This document shows positions 40,518-51,053 of a stretch of 64,000 nucleotides of DNA, piece by piece. The stretch is from Spirochaetia bacterium (GTDB lineage Bacteria; Spirochaetota; Spirochaetia; DSM-2461). A program made the position numbers and the translations under genes. A model generated the notes under the pieces. That model saw only the letters and a program-made list of their open reading frames with translations, was not told the DNA's origin and searched no databases. Positions within the stretch are counted from its first letter, which is position 1. Each line of letters opens with the position of its first letter. The stretch is taken from assembly GCA_963668315.1 (NCBI GenBank), contig OY764216.1, forward strand, positions 4,864,001 through 4,928,000, written 5' to 3'.

Positions 40518-42542
40518 ATGTTCAGCATCAACAGACAAACCAAAATAATTATTGACGGCAGCTTACGCGCCCGTCCGGCCGTTCAGAGAGGGGAAATACG
40601 CTTTCAGAGGGATTTACGGAATACCCTGCTTGAATCGTCAGAGGAGGGAACCTTCATCTATATGAAAGAAGATTCCTCCCTGTCCGAAGAAGAGTGGAGA
40701 ATAGAAGTTTCCCCGGAGGCCATGCATGTAGCGGCGGGGGGGGAACTGGGAGCGGTATACGCCCTTCTCCACATTTCCGAAAAGGCTCTGGGCGTCCTGC
40801 CCCTCTGGTACTGGCTGGATCAGGACTTCATCAGAACCGGGGCAAAATCCTATCCCCTGGAGCGTGAAGCCGGCCGGCCCGCCGCCTATCGTTTCCGGGG
40901 CTGGTTTATTAACGACGAGGTGCTCATCGACTCCTGGCGCCCTTCCGGGAATCCCGATGAAGCCTGGGAAATGGCCTTTGAAGCCCTTTTGCGGCTGGGC
41001 GGGAATATCGTTATCGCCGGAACCGATAAGAACAGCGGAAAGTACACCGCCCTGGCCTCTTCCATGGGGCTGTGGATAACCCAGCACCATTCCGAACCGC
41101 TGGGCGCGGAGATGTTCGCCCGGAAGTACCCCGGACTTTCCCCCTCCTTCGTCGATCATCCCGATCTGTTCATCGGTCTCTGGCGGGAAGGGGTCAGAAG
41201 CCTGGCGGGAAAGAAAGTCCTGTGGACCCTGGGTTTCCGGGGACAGGGAGACACCCCTTTCTGGGGAAAAGACCCCGCCTTTGATACGGATGAGAAAAGA
41301 GGGGCCCTGCTGACATCCATTGTGGAGAAGCAGATCGACCTCATCAAAGAAGAAACGGCCGATCCTATCCTCAGCTACAATATCTACGGCGAATCGGTCG
41401 ATCTCTACACCAAGGGGTTTCTTAAACTTCCGGAGGATGTCATACGGGTCTGGGGCGATAACGGCTACGGTAAAATGGTATGCCGCCGTCGGGAACTGGA
41501 GAATCCGCGGTACTCGTCCCTCCCTCCGGAAAAGGAGAAGGACCTGCCCCACGGCACCTACTACCATGTGTCCTTCTACGATCTTCAGGCGGCCAATCAC
41601 ATCACCATGATACCCGTTCCCCTTGGGCTGATTAAGGAGGAGCTGGAGGAGGCCTACGAAAGAGCCATAGACGACCTCATCATTGTGAATACCTCAAACA
41701 TACGGCCCCATGCCCTGTCCGCTTCCCTGCTGGCATCTTTCTGGAGGCGGGGCAGTCTGGACCTGGATGGGTCCCTCTCCTCTCTGGCCCGAGCCTATTT
41801 CAAAGCCCCGCCGGAACATATTGTCTCGGCGGTCCGCCGCTACGGAGATAACTCCCTGAGCTATGGAGACGAGATGGACGAGAGAGCGGGTGATCAGTTT
41901 TACACCTACACCCTCAGGGCGGTTCTCTGCCAATGGCTGAAACAGGAGATATCCCGCCCCGTACCGAGTATGGCCTGGCTCTCGGAAGAAGCCTTTCCCG
42001 CTCTTGTCGGGCTGCTGCGTGAGAAGGCGGAAGAGGGAGAGACGCGCTACAGCGGCCTTCTCTCGGAATACGGGGAGACGATCCCGGAAGGAGAAGATCC
42101 CCTCTTCGACAGCACCCTGCGCATGTACGCCCGGTTATATCGGCATCTTGCCCGGACCCTGAAGCTCTTTCTGGAATCGGCCCGGCTCTTCCTGGAAAAG
42201 AAATATCCCCAGGCCTTCATGCGTTGCGGCAGCGCCGTGGAGGAAAACGATAAGGCGGAACAGGTTCTAAGAGAATGGGAAAAGGGGAAATGGACCGGAT
42301 TCTATGCCAATGACTGCCTGACCGACGTCAGCCAGAACAGCTACCTCCTGAAGGTTCTCATGGAACATATCCGGGCCTTCGGGGACGGTCCGGAATACTG
42401 GGCATGGCAGAGAAGGTACTCCTACAAGGCAGAAGACCGAAATATCGTTCTCATAACGAACTGGGAAAAGCATAAGGATGCCTGGAGCCTTTACGAGGCC
42501 ATAAAAGATCAGGCGGAGAGCGGGACACCGCCGAAGTTCTGA
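40518..42542 (+). CDS. Glycoside hydrolase family 115-like protein
   Basis: GVLPLWYW.D, RFRGWFINDE, HH.EP, WTLGFRGQGD, DNGYG, GTYYH. Confidence 0.8.
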   Translation: MFSINRQTKIIIDGSLRARPAVQRGEIRFQRDLRNTLLESSEEGTFIYMKEDSSLSEEEWRIEVSPEAMHVAAGGELGAVYALLHISEKALGVLPLWYWLDQDFIRTGAKSYPLEREAGRPAAYRFRGWFINDEVLIDSWRPSGNPDEAWEMAFEALLRLGGNIVIAGTDKNSGKYTALASSMGLWITQHHSEPLGAEMFARKYPGLSPSFVDHPDLFIGLWREGVRSLAGKKVLWTLGFRGQGDTPFWGKDPAFDTDEKRGALLTSIVEKQIDLIKEETADPILSYNIYGESVDLYTKGFLKLPEDVIRVWGDNGYGKMVCRRRELENPRYSSLPPEKEKDLPHGTYYHVSFYDLQAANHITMIPVPLGLIKEELEEAYERAIDDLIIVNTSNIRPHALSASLLASFWRRGSLDLDGSLSSLARAYFKAPPEHIVSAVRRYGDNSLSYGDEMDERAGDQFYTYTLRAVLCQWLKQEISRPVPSMAWLSEEAFPALVGLLREKAEEGETRYSGLLSEYGETIPEGEDPLFDSTLRMYARLYRHLARTLKLFLESARLFLEKKYPQAFMRCGSAVEENDKAEQVLREWEKGKWTGFYANDCLTDVSQNSYLLKVLMEHIRAFGDGPEYWAWQRRYSYKAEDRNIVLITNWEKHKDAWSLYEAIKDQAESGTPPKF

Positions 42543-42562
42543 CTTATGTATCCGATCCGGTA

Positions 42563-44020
42563 TCACAGGTCGGATACGGCTGTCACCCTGTTCCGCCCCG
42601 TCTGTTTGGATCTGTACATGGCTTTGTCTGTTCTGGCGATAAGCGATTCAAGGCTGTCCTCCTCGGCAGCCTCGCCTACTCCGATGCTCAATGTCAGCCG
42701 TCCGGCGCTGTCTTTTCCCGTACCGTAGCGTATGCTTTCTGCGGCCCTGCGGATTTGCTCCGCCTTTCCCCGGGCATCCTGCTCGCTTGCCTCCATCAGG
42801 ATTACGAATTCGTCACCGCCCCAGCGTACGATCAGATCGGAAGGCCGGATAAGATGGCTGAATAGATCGGCCGCCTCCTTCAGAATGCGGTCTCCTTCGA
42901 GATGCCCCGAACTGTCATTGATCGCTTTGAAGTTATCCAGATCAATCAGAACGATAGACAGCCTGGTGGAATACCGGAGGTTCCTGTAATGGTAAATCTC
43001 GAACTGTCTGAACAGTTCCCGCCTGTTGGACGTCCCTGTCAGTGTATCCGTACCGGCCAGATCTTCCATCTGCGCCTCGAAACTTTTCAGGAAATGGTTG
43101 CTGAAAAGAAAGATCCCCCCCGCTATCACGAAGGTGATGATAAAACTGATGATGAGGCTTTTGCGCGCTTCGGTCAGACTGCTTTTCTCATCCTGCTCCA
43201 CGAAAACATGCCAGTCCAGTTCGGGAATATACCGGGAACTGATAAAGACCTTTCCCGAGGACGATGTATAGGTCATCTCCTTGAGATGGGAACCTTCCTT
43301 CATTAACTCCGGGGCGATAGGGGCCATTCCCTCGTCCTGGAAAATATTCACCTGTTCCACAAGGCTGATATCAGGGTGGACCTGGATGATGCCGTTTTCA
43401 TCGACCAGATAGATGTTTCTCCTGTACTGATCCCTTTTGTCCTGGAGAAGCCGGGCCACCGATCCCAGCCTGATGCCGACTCCGACGACTCCCAGAAAAT
43501 GGCCCTGCAGATCTTCAAGCCGGTTGTTAATGAAAATTGACAAAACGCCGTTGCTCGCTTCATCGGTATCCACATCGAGATCCACGGCTTTTCCGCCGTT
43601 CACAAAGGAGTAGTACCACACATCATGCTCGTCATCGGGGGAGATTTCCTTCAGGATCCCGTCGGAATAGTAGTAGCGGTTCGTCCTGCTGGAAACGAAG
43701 AAGGTCGTGAAGAAACCGTATTTCTCCTTCAGATTATTCAGATAAAGGATAATCTCATCGGCATCCTTTTCTCCGTCCAGTACCCAGTTTGTCAAAAAAG
43801 TATCCCGGGACATGGAAGAGGAGACGTTAAGCGGCAGAGACAGGCGATGCTGGATATCGGAGTAAATATTCTCGCTCAGGAGGGGAAGGGACGAACTGAG
43901 AATCTCCTTCTTAAGGCTTTTCTTGGTTCCGTAATAGAAGAAAAGGGCGGAAAGCAGAAAAACCAGGGTAATGGAGACGGTGATGAGTCCTACGGACAGA
44001 TTTTTTCTTTTAAAGGCCAT
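42563..44020 (-). CDS. Sensor (Cache) diguanylate cyclase
   Basis: Two TM segments around a Cache-like domain; DLDNFK..ND..GH, RWGGDEF. Confidence 0.92.
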   Translation of the reverse strand: MAFKRKNLSVGLITVSITLVFLLSALFFYYGTKKSLKKEILSSSLPLLSENIYSDIQHRLSLPLNVSSSMSRDTFLTNWVLDGEKDADEIILYLNNLKEKYGFFTTFFVSSRTNRYYYSDGILKEISPDDEHDVWYYSFVNGGKAVDLDVDTDEASNGVLSIFINNRLEDLQGHFLGVVGVGIRLGSVARLLQDKRDQYRRNIYLVDENGIIQVHPDISLVEQVNIFQDEGMAPIAPELMKEGSHLKEMTYTSSSGKVFISSRYIPELDWHVFVEQDEKSSLTEARKSLIISFIITFVIAGGIFLFSNHFLKSFEAQMEDLAGTDTLTGTSNRRELFRQFEIYHYRNLRYSTRLSIVLIDLDNFKAINDSSGHLEGDRILKEAADLFSHLIRPSDLIVRWGGDEFVILMEASEQDARGKAEQIRRAAESIRYGTGKDSAGRLTLSIGVGEAAEEDSLESLIARTDKAMYRSKQTGRNRVTAVSDL

Positions 44021-44194
44021 TCTGCCATCAATATACCACTAAGAATATTCCATTGTACATATGGATGGCCGATTTTATCTACGGCTTTTAATATATACAT
44101 ATTCACTTATAGAAATCCGATATTGAAAGAGTCCCCCAATAGTAGTATTCTCTTTTATATAAGGAACTTTACATCGACAGCCGGGAGAGTGCAA

Positions 44195-45568
44195 ATGAAT
44201 CAATCACTGGACAGAAAAATCGTGGAATATCTCAAGAGAAACAGGGACCAGTTCATCGGGGACCTACAGACCCTTGTGTCCTATAATTCGGTCAAGGCCG
44301 AAGCCGCGGAGGATAAACCCTTCGGGGAAATTACGGCCGCTCTGCTGGACAGGATGATGTCTCTCTGCCGTGATGAGGGATTGAAGACGACCAACTATGA
44401 CTATTACTGCATGGATGCGGAATACGGGCAGGGCGATGTGGTGGTAGCCTCGCTGAACCACCTGGATATCGTCCCCGCCGGTGACGGGTGGACCTGCGAT
44501 CCCTTCAAGGGAACCATGGTGGGAAATCTCATGTACGGCAGAGGGGTAAACGATAACAAGGGGCCCGCCCTGGCTTCTTTGTACGCCCTCAAATCCCTGA
44601 TTGATGCGGACGTCACATTCAAAAGAAAGATCAAGCTGATTTACGGCTGTGACGAAGAGACGGGCATGACCGATATGAAATACTATCTCTCAAAGGTCAA
44701 AGCCCCGGATTTCGCCTTTTCTCCCGACGCCAGCTTCCCCCTGATCTACGCCGAGAAGCACGGAATAAACGGAACCTATACGGCAGGGATTCCTGAGGGC
44801 TCCTCCCTCCTATCCATGAAGGCCGGTATCGCCGTCAACTCCGTCCCAGCCGTCGCGACAGCCGTGATCAGGTCGTCGGAGTGCCCGGAATCCACGGAAA
44901 AAGTGAAATACGAACTGTCCGGGGAGACCCTGACCGTCACGGCCTACGGTGCGGCCGCCCATGCCTCCCTTCCCCAGGAAGGGGAAAACGCCGTCATTAT
45001 CCTGATTAATGCCCTGTTGCCTCTCCTGGGAAAGGAGGACGGAGCGGGAGCTCTGCTGGAAAGTATGGCGGAACATCTGACCGACTATGAAGGCGCGGGG
45101 CTGGGAATAGCCTGCAGCGATGAACCCTCGGGGTCACTCACAATGAATCTGGGTATTGTCTCCTGCACCGACAGCATTCTGGCACTGCAAATTGATATCA
45201 GGCATCCCGTTACCCTTGACTGCCAGGAGACCATGGATAAACTGGTCCATGCCCTCCCCCTCTTCACCCTCTCGGAAATCGATATGCACAAGGGAGTCTA
45301 CCGGCCCAAGGACAGTGTTCTGGTTAAAACGCTTCTCAAGGTTTACAGGGACATAACAAAGGACAACAGAGAACCCCTGGCCATAGGCGGGGGAACATAC
45401 GCCCGGACCCTTCCCAATGCGGTAGCCTTCGGAGCCACATTCTCCGGCAGCAAATCGGGAGGCGCCCATGACTGCGACGAGCATTGCGACATCGATGAAC
45501 TTCTGGATGCGGCCAGGGTCTACGCCCACAGCTTCTTTACATTGGGAGAAGGACAGTACGGGGAGTAA
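44195..45568 (+). CDS. M20-family dipeptidase (PepV/Sapep-like)
   Basis: Real start MNQSLD at 44195; HLDIVP, GRGVNDNKG, DEE, GGGTYAR. Confidence 0.92.
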   Translation: MNQSLDRKIVEYLKRNRDQFIGDLQTLVSYNSVKAEAAEDKPFGEITAALLDRMMSLCRDEGLKTTNYDYYCMDAEYGQGDVVVASLNHLDIVPAGDGWTCDPFKGTMVGNLMYGRGVNDNKGPALASLYALKSLIDADVTFKRKIKLIYGCDEETGMTDMKYYLSKVKAPDFAFSPDASFPLIYAEKHGINGTYTAGIPEGSSLLSMKAGIAVNSVPAVATAVIRSSECPESTEKVKYELSGETLTVTAYGAAAHASLPQEGENAVIILINALLPLLGKEDGAGALLESMAEHLTDYEGAGLGIACSDEPSGSLTMNLGIVSCTDSILALQIDIRHPVTLDCQETMDKLVHALPLFTLSEIDMHKGVYRPKDSVLVKTLLKVYRDITKDNREPLAIGGGTYARTLPNAVAFGATFSGSKSGGAHDCDEHCDIDELLDAARVYAHSFFTLGEGQYGE

Positions 45569-45601
45569 TCCCGGGAATGATCCCGCGGCCGTGGGGGATG
45601 T

Positions 45602-46810
45602 TCAGTCTTCCTCCGGTACGGCCAGCACGGCGAGCCCCCCCAGGGATGTTTCCCGGTAGATGCTCATAAGATCCTTGCCCGTACGGGTCATGGTCTCCAC
45701 GGCCTCATCGAACTGAATCTTATGGGAGCCGTCGCTCAAAAGAGCGAATTCGGCATTGGCAATCGCCCTGCTGGCTCCCATGACATTCCTTTCGATACAG
45801 GGGATCTGAACCAGCCCGAAAATGGGATCGCAGGTGAGCCCCAGGTGATGCTCCAGAGCCATTTCGGCGGCGTATTCCACCTGCCGGGGAGTTCCTCCCA
45901 TCATCTGGGCCGCCGCACCGGCGGCCATGGCACTGGCCACTCCCACTTCGCCCTGGCATCCCACTTCTGCGCCTGAGATGGAGCCGTTCGTCCTGACGAC
46001 GTTACCGAGAAGACCGGCCGTGGCCAGAGCCTTGATCTGATCCGACTCGGAAAGATCAAAAACCTCGCGCATGGAGCGGAGTACGGAGGGAAGGACTCCG
46101 GCCGCCCCGCAGGTGGGAGCGGTCACCACGATGCCCCCGGAAGCATTCGTCTCCGCCACCGCCAGGGCATAGGAGAACAGCCTGGCCGAAGTGGCCAGAG
46201 GTTTCTTCAGCATTCCCGCCCTCTTGGAGTACATACTGGCTTTGCGGCTCAGTCCCAACCGGCCGGGGAGGACTCCTTCGTTGGCCAGTCCCTCATCCAT
46301 CGTCCGCATCATCCGCCTCAGTATCTCCCTCAGAAAGTCCTGAATATCCGGCCCCTCCTGCTCATAAACATATTCCCAGAGAGTAATCCCCTTCTTCCCC
46401 GTGTATTTCAGAATATCCCGCATATTCCCGTGGGGATAGACGTGGGCCGTCCCGTCCGCTTCCGAATCGCCGGAGGTACGAATGGAGCCGCCCCCTATGC
46501 TGTATCCGTCCCAGGCTCCCAAGAGGGCCCCCTCCTTCCAGGCCTCCAGGTGGAGGCCGTTGGGATGTTCGGGCATTTCATCCTTGGGAAACCACTGAAA
46601 CTCCACGTTTTTTTCCCAGAAGGTCTCCTTGATAACCTGATCCGTCAGATGCCCCTTCCCCGTGGCGGCGAGGCTGCCGTAAAGGCCGACCTTGTACAGG
46701 TCCGCATCGGGGTAACTGATAAGAAAGGCGGCCGCCGCCTTCTGGGGCCCCATGGTATGGCTGCTGGAAGGCCCGTGGCCTACTTTATAGAAACTTCTCA
46801 ATGAATCCAT
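45602..46810 (-). CDS. sdaA: L-serine dehydratase, Fe-S dependent, single chain
   Basis: GPSSSHT, APTCGAAG, ISGAEVGCQGE, GLTCDP, PCIERN. Confidence 0.93.
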   Translation of the reverse strand: MDSLRSFYKVGHGPSSSHTMGPQKAAAAFLISYPDADLYKVGLYGSLAATGKGHLTDQVIKETFWEKNVEFQWFPKDEMPEHPNGLHLEAWKEGALLGAWDGYSIGGGSIRTSGDSEADGTAHVYPHGNMRDILKYTGKKGITLWEYVYEQEGPDIQDFLREILRRMMRTMDEGLANEGVLPGRLGLSRKASMYSKRAGMLKKPLATSARLFSYALAVAETNASGGIVVTAPTCGAAGVLPSVLRSMREVFDLSESDQIKALATAGLLGNVVRTNGSISGAEVGCQGEVGVASAMAAGAAAQMMGGTPRQVEYAAEMALEHHLGLTCDPIFGLVQIPCIERNVMGASRAIANAEFALLSDGSHKIQFDEAVETMTRTGKDLMSIYRETSLGGLAVLAVPEED

Positions 46811-46917
46811 TTCGAATGAATCCTCCCCTGGAGATTATCCGTTCACAGTATGCCATAACTGGACTCGCAATAACCACATGCGACTCCTCCCTCTTCCCGT
46901 ATTTTTTAAAAAAAACA

Positions 46918-47020
46918 TTGACAACTTAATAATACTAAGGCCATAATACCGGTACTATTATAGAACCAGTTATTGTATTCTTCTATGTTTTTCTCCGATT
47001 ATCTGAAATAACTGGTTCTA
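46918..47020 (+). promoter_or_regulatory. Promoter TTGACA-N18-CATAAT plus 13-bp inverted repeats TAGAACCAGTTAT / ATAACTGGTTCTA (candidate FadR/GntR operators)
   Basis: Repeats at 46961-46973 and 47008-47020; degenerate copy at 46945-46957. Confidence 0.6.
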
Positions 47021-47084
47021 ATTTAAGATTGGAATTCACTTAATTCTAAGCCTATCCCAATTTTGAAAAATAAGGAGAAAGAAA

Positions 47085-48425
47085 ATGAAAAAGCAATTTT
47101 ACGCCATTTGGGCCGCGATTCTCGGCTTGACTCTCAGTCTTTCCGCCGCCGGGCAGACCGACGCCGCCCCATCCAATGAACTCCGGTTCATAGATGTATC
47201 CCCCAGTCCCACGAGGCAAGTGTATTTCACGGACACCTTTGCCAAATTCACCGGGGAAACCGGTATCAACGTGGTCTATGAGAGCGTTCCCTGGGACGAC
47301 GCGGCGAATAAACTGACCGTTCTCGGTGCCTCAGGCCAGCTTCCCGACGTTATGACCACCTGGGCCGGCTGGCTGGGTCAGTTTACCGAAGCGAACTGGA
47401 TTGAACCGCTGGCGCCCTATATCGGCGACACAAGCGATGAATATGCCGCCACCGTAACGAATCTCGTCTGGAAATCGGAAAAACAGCTCTATGGCAATAT
47501 TTATACGGTAACGGACGGAATGATGGTAAAGGGAGTCTTTGTACGGAAAGACTGGGCCGAGGAAGAAGGACTCGCCCTTGATCCTGCGAAGGGATGGACT
47601 TACAGCGAATATTTCGATACGGTTTACGCCCTCACCGACCCCGATAAAAACAGATACGGAACCTCCTTCCGCGGCTCCCGCGGTGCCTTCGATCCCCTTT
47701 TTGTTTATCTCGAAAGCCTCAATGGCGGTTCAGCCTATGCAGCTGACGGCTCCACACTCCTGGCCGATGACAAAGCGGTGGAGGCTTACCAGACCTGGGG
47801 CGACCTATATCTGAAGGGCGCGGCTCCTAAGGATGCCATAAACTGGGGCTTTGTCGAGATGGTTGATAATTTCGTAGGCGGTCTCACCGGAACCCTTATC
47901 AACGATTCCGAAGTGGCGGCCACCTGTATAGACAGGATGGAAAGTGCTCAGTGGATGGTCATGCCCATGCCCAAAAGCGACAAGGACGGTAAAATCTACA
48001 ATACGGTTAACTCCCCCTACGCCTACAGCATCTCTTCCACCTCGCAGAGTAAGGACAAGGCATGGCAGCTGATCCAGTTTCTCACCAAACCGGAAAACAA
48101 TATCGAATATTGTAAGCTTACCGGTCTGATTCCCATTAAAAAAGCCGTGGGAGACGACCCCTTCTACGGCCCCAACGGCCCCTATGCGGCCTTCGTGCAG
48201 CAGCTGAACGATCCCGATATGGTTGTTCCCGTAGCATACGGCCCCTTCAACTATACCGATATGCACCAGGGCATGATGCATGAGGAGCTCCAGAAATTCC
48301 TCCTGGGAAAGCAGAGCGCCAAGGAATCCCTCCTGAACGTCATGGCCGAACTGGAAAAGAGAATGAAGACATACCTGCAGGAAAATCCCGGCTCCACCGT
48401 AGAACAGCCTAAGGGACTCCTATAA
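47085..48425 (+). CDS. Sugar ABC substrate-binding protein
   Basis: Signal peptide; SBP family 1 motifs. Confidence 0.92.
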   Translation: MKKQFYAIWAAILGLTLSLSAAGQTDAAPSNELRFIDVSPSPTRQVYFTDTFAKFTGETGINVVYESVPWDDAANKLTVLGASGQLPDVMTTWAGWLGQFTEANWIEPLAPYIGDTSDEYAATVTNLVWKSEKQLYGNIYTVTDGMMVKGVFVRKDWAEEEGLALDPAKGWTYSEYFDTVYALTDPDKNRYGTSFRGSRGAFDPLFVYLESLNGGSAYAADGSTLLADDKAVEAYQTWGDLYLKGAAPKDAINWGFVEMVDNFVGGLTGTLINDSEVAATCIDRMESAQWMVMPMPKSDKDGKIYNTVNSPYAYSISSTSQSKDKAWQLIQFLTKPENNIEYCKLTGLIPIKKAVGDDPFYGPNGPYAAFVQQLNDPDMVVPVAYGPFNYTDMHQGMMHEELQKFLLGKQSAKESLLNVMAELEKRMKTYLQENPGSTVEQPKGLL

Positions 48426-48435
48426 AATAACAACA

Positions 48436-48469
48436 TCTCTCAGGCCGGAGAGCACTCCGCCCTGAGAGA
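48436..48469 (+). other. Stem-loop after the SBP gene
   Basis: TCTCTCAGG.CGGAG-AGCA-CTCCG.CCTGAGAGA. Confidence 0.5.
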
Positions 48470-48493
48470 AGATTCGAACAGGAAGGAAATACG

Positions 48494-49477
48494 ATGGCAC
48501 TGCTCCTACTCTACTTATTCGGCCTGGTGATACTCTTCGCCGCGGCCCTGATGTTGCTCAATAAGATCATGCGGAAAAAGGGTGGAAAAGCCCCGTCCCA
48601 AAAGAAGAAGTATGAACCCTATCTTTTTCTCTTCCCCACGTTACTGCTTCTGATTCTTATGTTCGGCTACCCGCTGATAAACAGCTTCTCGATGGCATTT
48701 CAGAGTTATAAACTGACTAATCCGGGAAATATCAGCTTCAACGGCTGGGATAATTTCCGGAATCTCTTCAGCGACGGCGATATCTGGCTCATTATCAGAA
48801 ATTCCTTTGTTTATGTTGTCATATCAGTCTCATGTCAGCTGATTCTGGGTATGATCCTGGCCCTGGCTCTGAACAGAAAATTCAAGCTGCGGGGCGTGTA
48901 TCAGGCCATAGTCTTTCTTCCCTGGTCCCTCTCGGCATTCGTCATCGGCCTGATGCACCGCTGGTCATTCAACGGTGAGTACGGCGTGGTGAACGATCTT
49001 CTTATGAAGCTGGGAATCATCGGAGAGAAGATAGCCTGGCTCGGTACCCCCGGCTTCTCTCTGTCGGTGGTCATAATGGCCATGGTCTGGATGGGTTTCC
49101 CCTTCTTCGCCATTATGATACTGGCGTCTCTCCAGTCCATTCCCGCCGCCGTATATGAAGCGTCCCATATCGACGGCTGCGGGGCCCTGAGAAGGTTCTG
49201 GAAGATTACCATGCCCTACATCAAGCCGACGGTCATCGTAACCGTTCTGCTCAGGACGATATGGATCTTCAACTCCTTTGATCTGATCGTCGTCATTACC
49301 AACGGCGGTCCGGCGAACTACTCCCAGACACTTCCCTCGTACATGTATACCAAGGCTTTTTCCAGTTATGACTTCGGCCTTGCCTCCGCGCTGGGGGTTA
49401 TGCTCATCGCGGTATTGATACTCTACGTATTCTTTTTTCTAAAAGCAACAAAATATAATAAATCGGGAGAATTTTAA
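48494..49477 (+). CDS. Sugar ABC permease
   Basis: YEASHIDGC EAA motif. Confidence 0.92.
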   Translation: MALLLLYLFGLVILFAAALMLLNKIMRKKGGKAPSQKKKYEPYLFLFPTLLLLILMFGYPLINSFSMAFQSYKLTNPGNISFNGWDNFRNLFSDGDIWLIIRNSFVYVVISVSCQLILGMILALALNRKFKLRGVYQAIVFLPWSLSAFVIGLMHRWSFNGEYGVVNDLLMKLGIIGEKIAWLGTPGFSLSVVIMAMVWMGFPFFAIMILASLQSIPAAVYEASHIDGCGALRRFWKITMPYIKPTVIVTVLLRTIWIFNSFDLIVVITNGGPANYSQTLPSYMYTKAFSSYDFGLASALGVMLIAVLILYVFFFLKATKYNKSGEF

Positions 49478-50319
49478 TGGATTTCCGAATTAAACGGCTA
49501 CTCGGCAGCACAGGTCGATTCCTGATCCTTCTCTTTTTCCTCCTTCTGGTAGTCCTGCCGATTTACTGGATGCTCTCCAGCTCGCTCAAACCGGCTAATG
49601 AGATCATCAACGCGCAGAAAATCACCTACTATCCCCACAGCATGACCGGCGAAAATTACAGTCAGCTCTTCAGCCTTTACAACTACCGCCGGATGCTGAC
49701 CAACAGCCTGACCGTATCGATAGCCACCGGTTTCTGTATTACCCTGCTGGCCATCTTCGGGGGATACGGACTGGCCCGCTACCATTTCAGGGGAAAGGAC
49801 ACCATGCTGCTCTTCTTTCTGGCGACCCAGATGATACCGGGCATTCTGGTCATAATACCCCTGTATATCATCTTCTCGAAGATGGGAATCATCAATACCC
49901 ATTTCGGGCTGTTTCTTTTTTACCTTATTTCAAACTTGCCCTTCTGCGTCATAACCATGCGCAGCTTCTTCGAAAGGATCCCCTATACCCTCGAAGAAGC
50001 GGCCTATGTGGATGGATGCACCAAGATGGAAAGCCTCTTCAGAATCATCCTTCCCGTCATGTTTCCCGGAATCGTCGCCGTTTTTGTTTTCGCCTTTATC
50101 GGTGCATGGAACGAGCTGATAGCCGGTACGATCTTTATCAATACCTCAAATTTATGGACTGTTCCCGTGGGATTAAAATCGCTCATAGGAAAATATGATG
50201 TCAAATGGGGAGTTCTCATGGCGGGAGGAGTCGGCGCGCTCGTGCCCACCGCGTTAATGTTCGCCTTTATGCAGAAATTCGTCGTGGAAGGCCTTACGGC
50301 CGGAGCCGTAAAAGAATAA
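49477..50319 (+). CDS. Sugar ABC permease
   Basis: LEEAAYVDGC; GLTAGAVKE. Confidence 0.92.
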   Translation: MDFRIKRLLGSTGRFLILLFFLLLVVLPIYWMLSSSLKPANEIINAQKITYYPHSMTGENYSQLFSLYNYRRMLTNSLTVSIATGFCITLLAIFGGYGLARYHFRGKDTMLLFFLATQMIPGILVIIPLYIIFSKMGIINTHFGLFLFYLISNLPFCVITMRSFFERIPYTLEEAAYVDGCTKMESLFRIILPVMFPGIVAVFVFAFIGAWNELIAGTIFINTSNLWTVPVGLKSLIGKYDVKWGVLMAGGVGALVPTALMFAFMQKFVVEGLTAGAVKE

Positions 50320-50342
50320 AATAGGCGGGACAGGACCGAAGG

Positions 50343-51041
50343 ATGAATCATATAGAGCCGATTGCCAAAGACTTTCTGCACCAGAAGGTTTCCGACTCCC
50401 TTATAAGCTATATATTCCGCAACGGGCTCAAGCCCGGGGACAAGCTTCCCGGGGAGAGGAAACTCACCCAGGAACTGGGAGTGGGGAGAAATTCCGTCCG
50501 TCTGGGCCTGGCCCAGCTGGAGGAAGAGGGGATTATCGAGCGGATGGCCGCCAAAGGCGCCTTCGTCAAAAGGGAAGTGACCATGGACTCCCTGGAACTG
50601 AAGCTGATGAGAGTGGATTACATGGATCTTCTCGAAATTAAAATCAGTCTGGAACGGCTGGCGATACAGCGGGCTGTGAAAAGGGCGACCGATGAACAGA
50701 TAGCCGAGCTGAAAGGGCTGGCCCTGCAGCTGCAGGAGCTGGGCGACCGTAACATTTTCTCCCTGGAACTGGACAGAAGATTTCATACCGCCCTTCTCGA
50801 ATGCGGAGGCTCCCCTACCCTGATGCAGCTGGTAAAAAGTCTCATAGATAATCTTGACAGCTATATGAATATCCTCGGGGATACATCGGCCGTCTGGTTG
50901 AAGACGATTCCCTTTCATCTTGATATTGTGGAGGCCCTGGAAAATCGACAGCTTGAGTATGCCCTGGCCGCCCATCAGTATATATACCAATACGACACGA
51001 AAGTTCTGGAAGACCTTTCAGAAAAAATTACAAACAAATAG
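50343..51041 (+). CDS. GntR/FadR-family regulator
   Basis: PGDKLPGERKL..ELGVGR wHTH plus FCD (DRRFH). Confidence 0.92.
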   Translation: MNHIEPIAKDFLHQKVSDSLISYIFRNGLKPGDKLPGERKLTQELGVGRNSVRLGLAQLEEEGIIERMAAKGAFVKREVTMDSLELKLMRVDYMDLLEIKISLERLAIQRAVKRATDEQIAELKGLALQLQELGDRNIFSLELDRRFHTALLECGGSPTLMQLVKSLIDNLDSYMNILGDTSAVWLKTIPFHLDIVEALENRQLEYALAAHQYIYQYDTKVLEDLSEKITNK

Positions 51042-51053
51042 AGAGAAAACTAT

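Noticed and set aside
43625..44194. N-terminal extension of the 647-aa ORF
   Set aside because: Antisense to the diguanylate cyclase; the dipeptidase starts at 44195.
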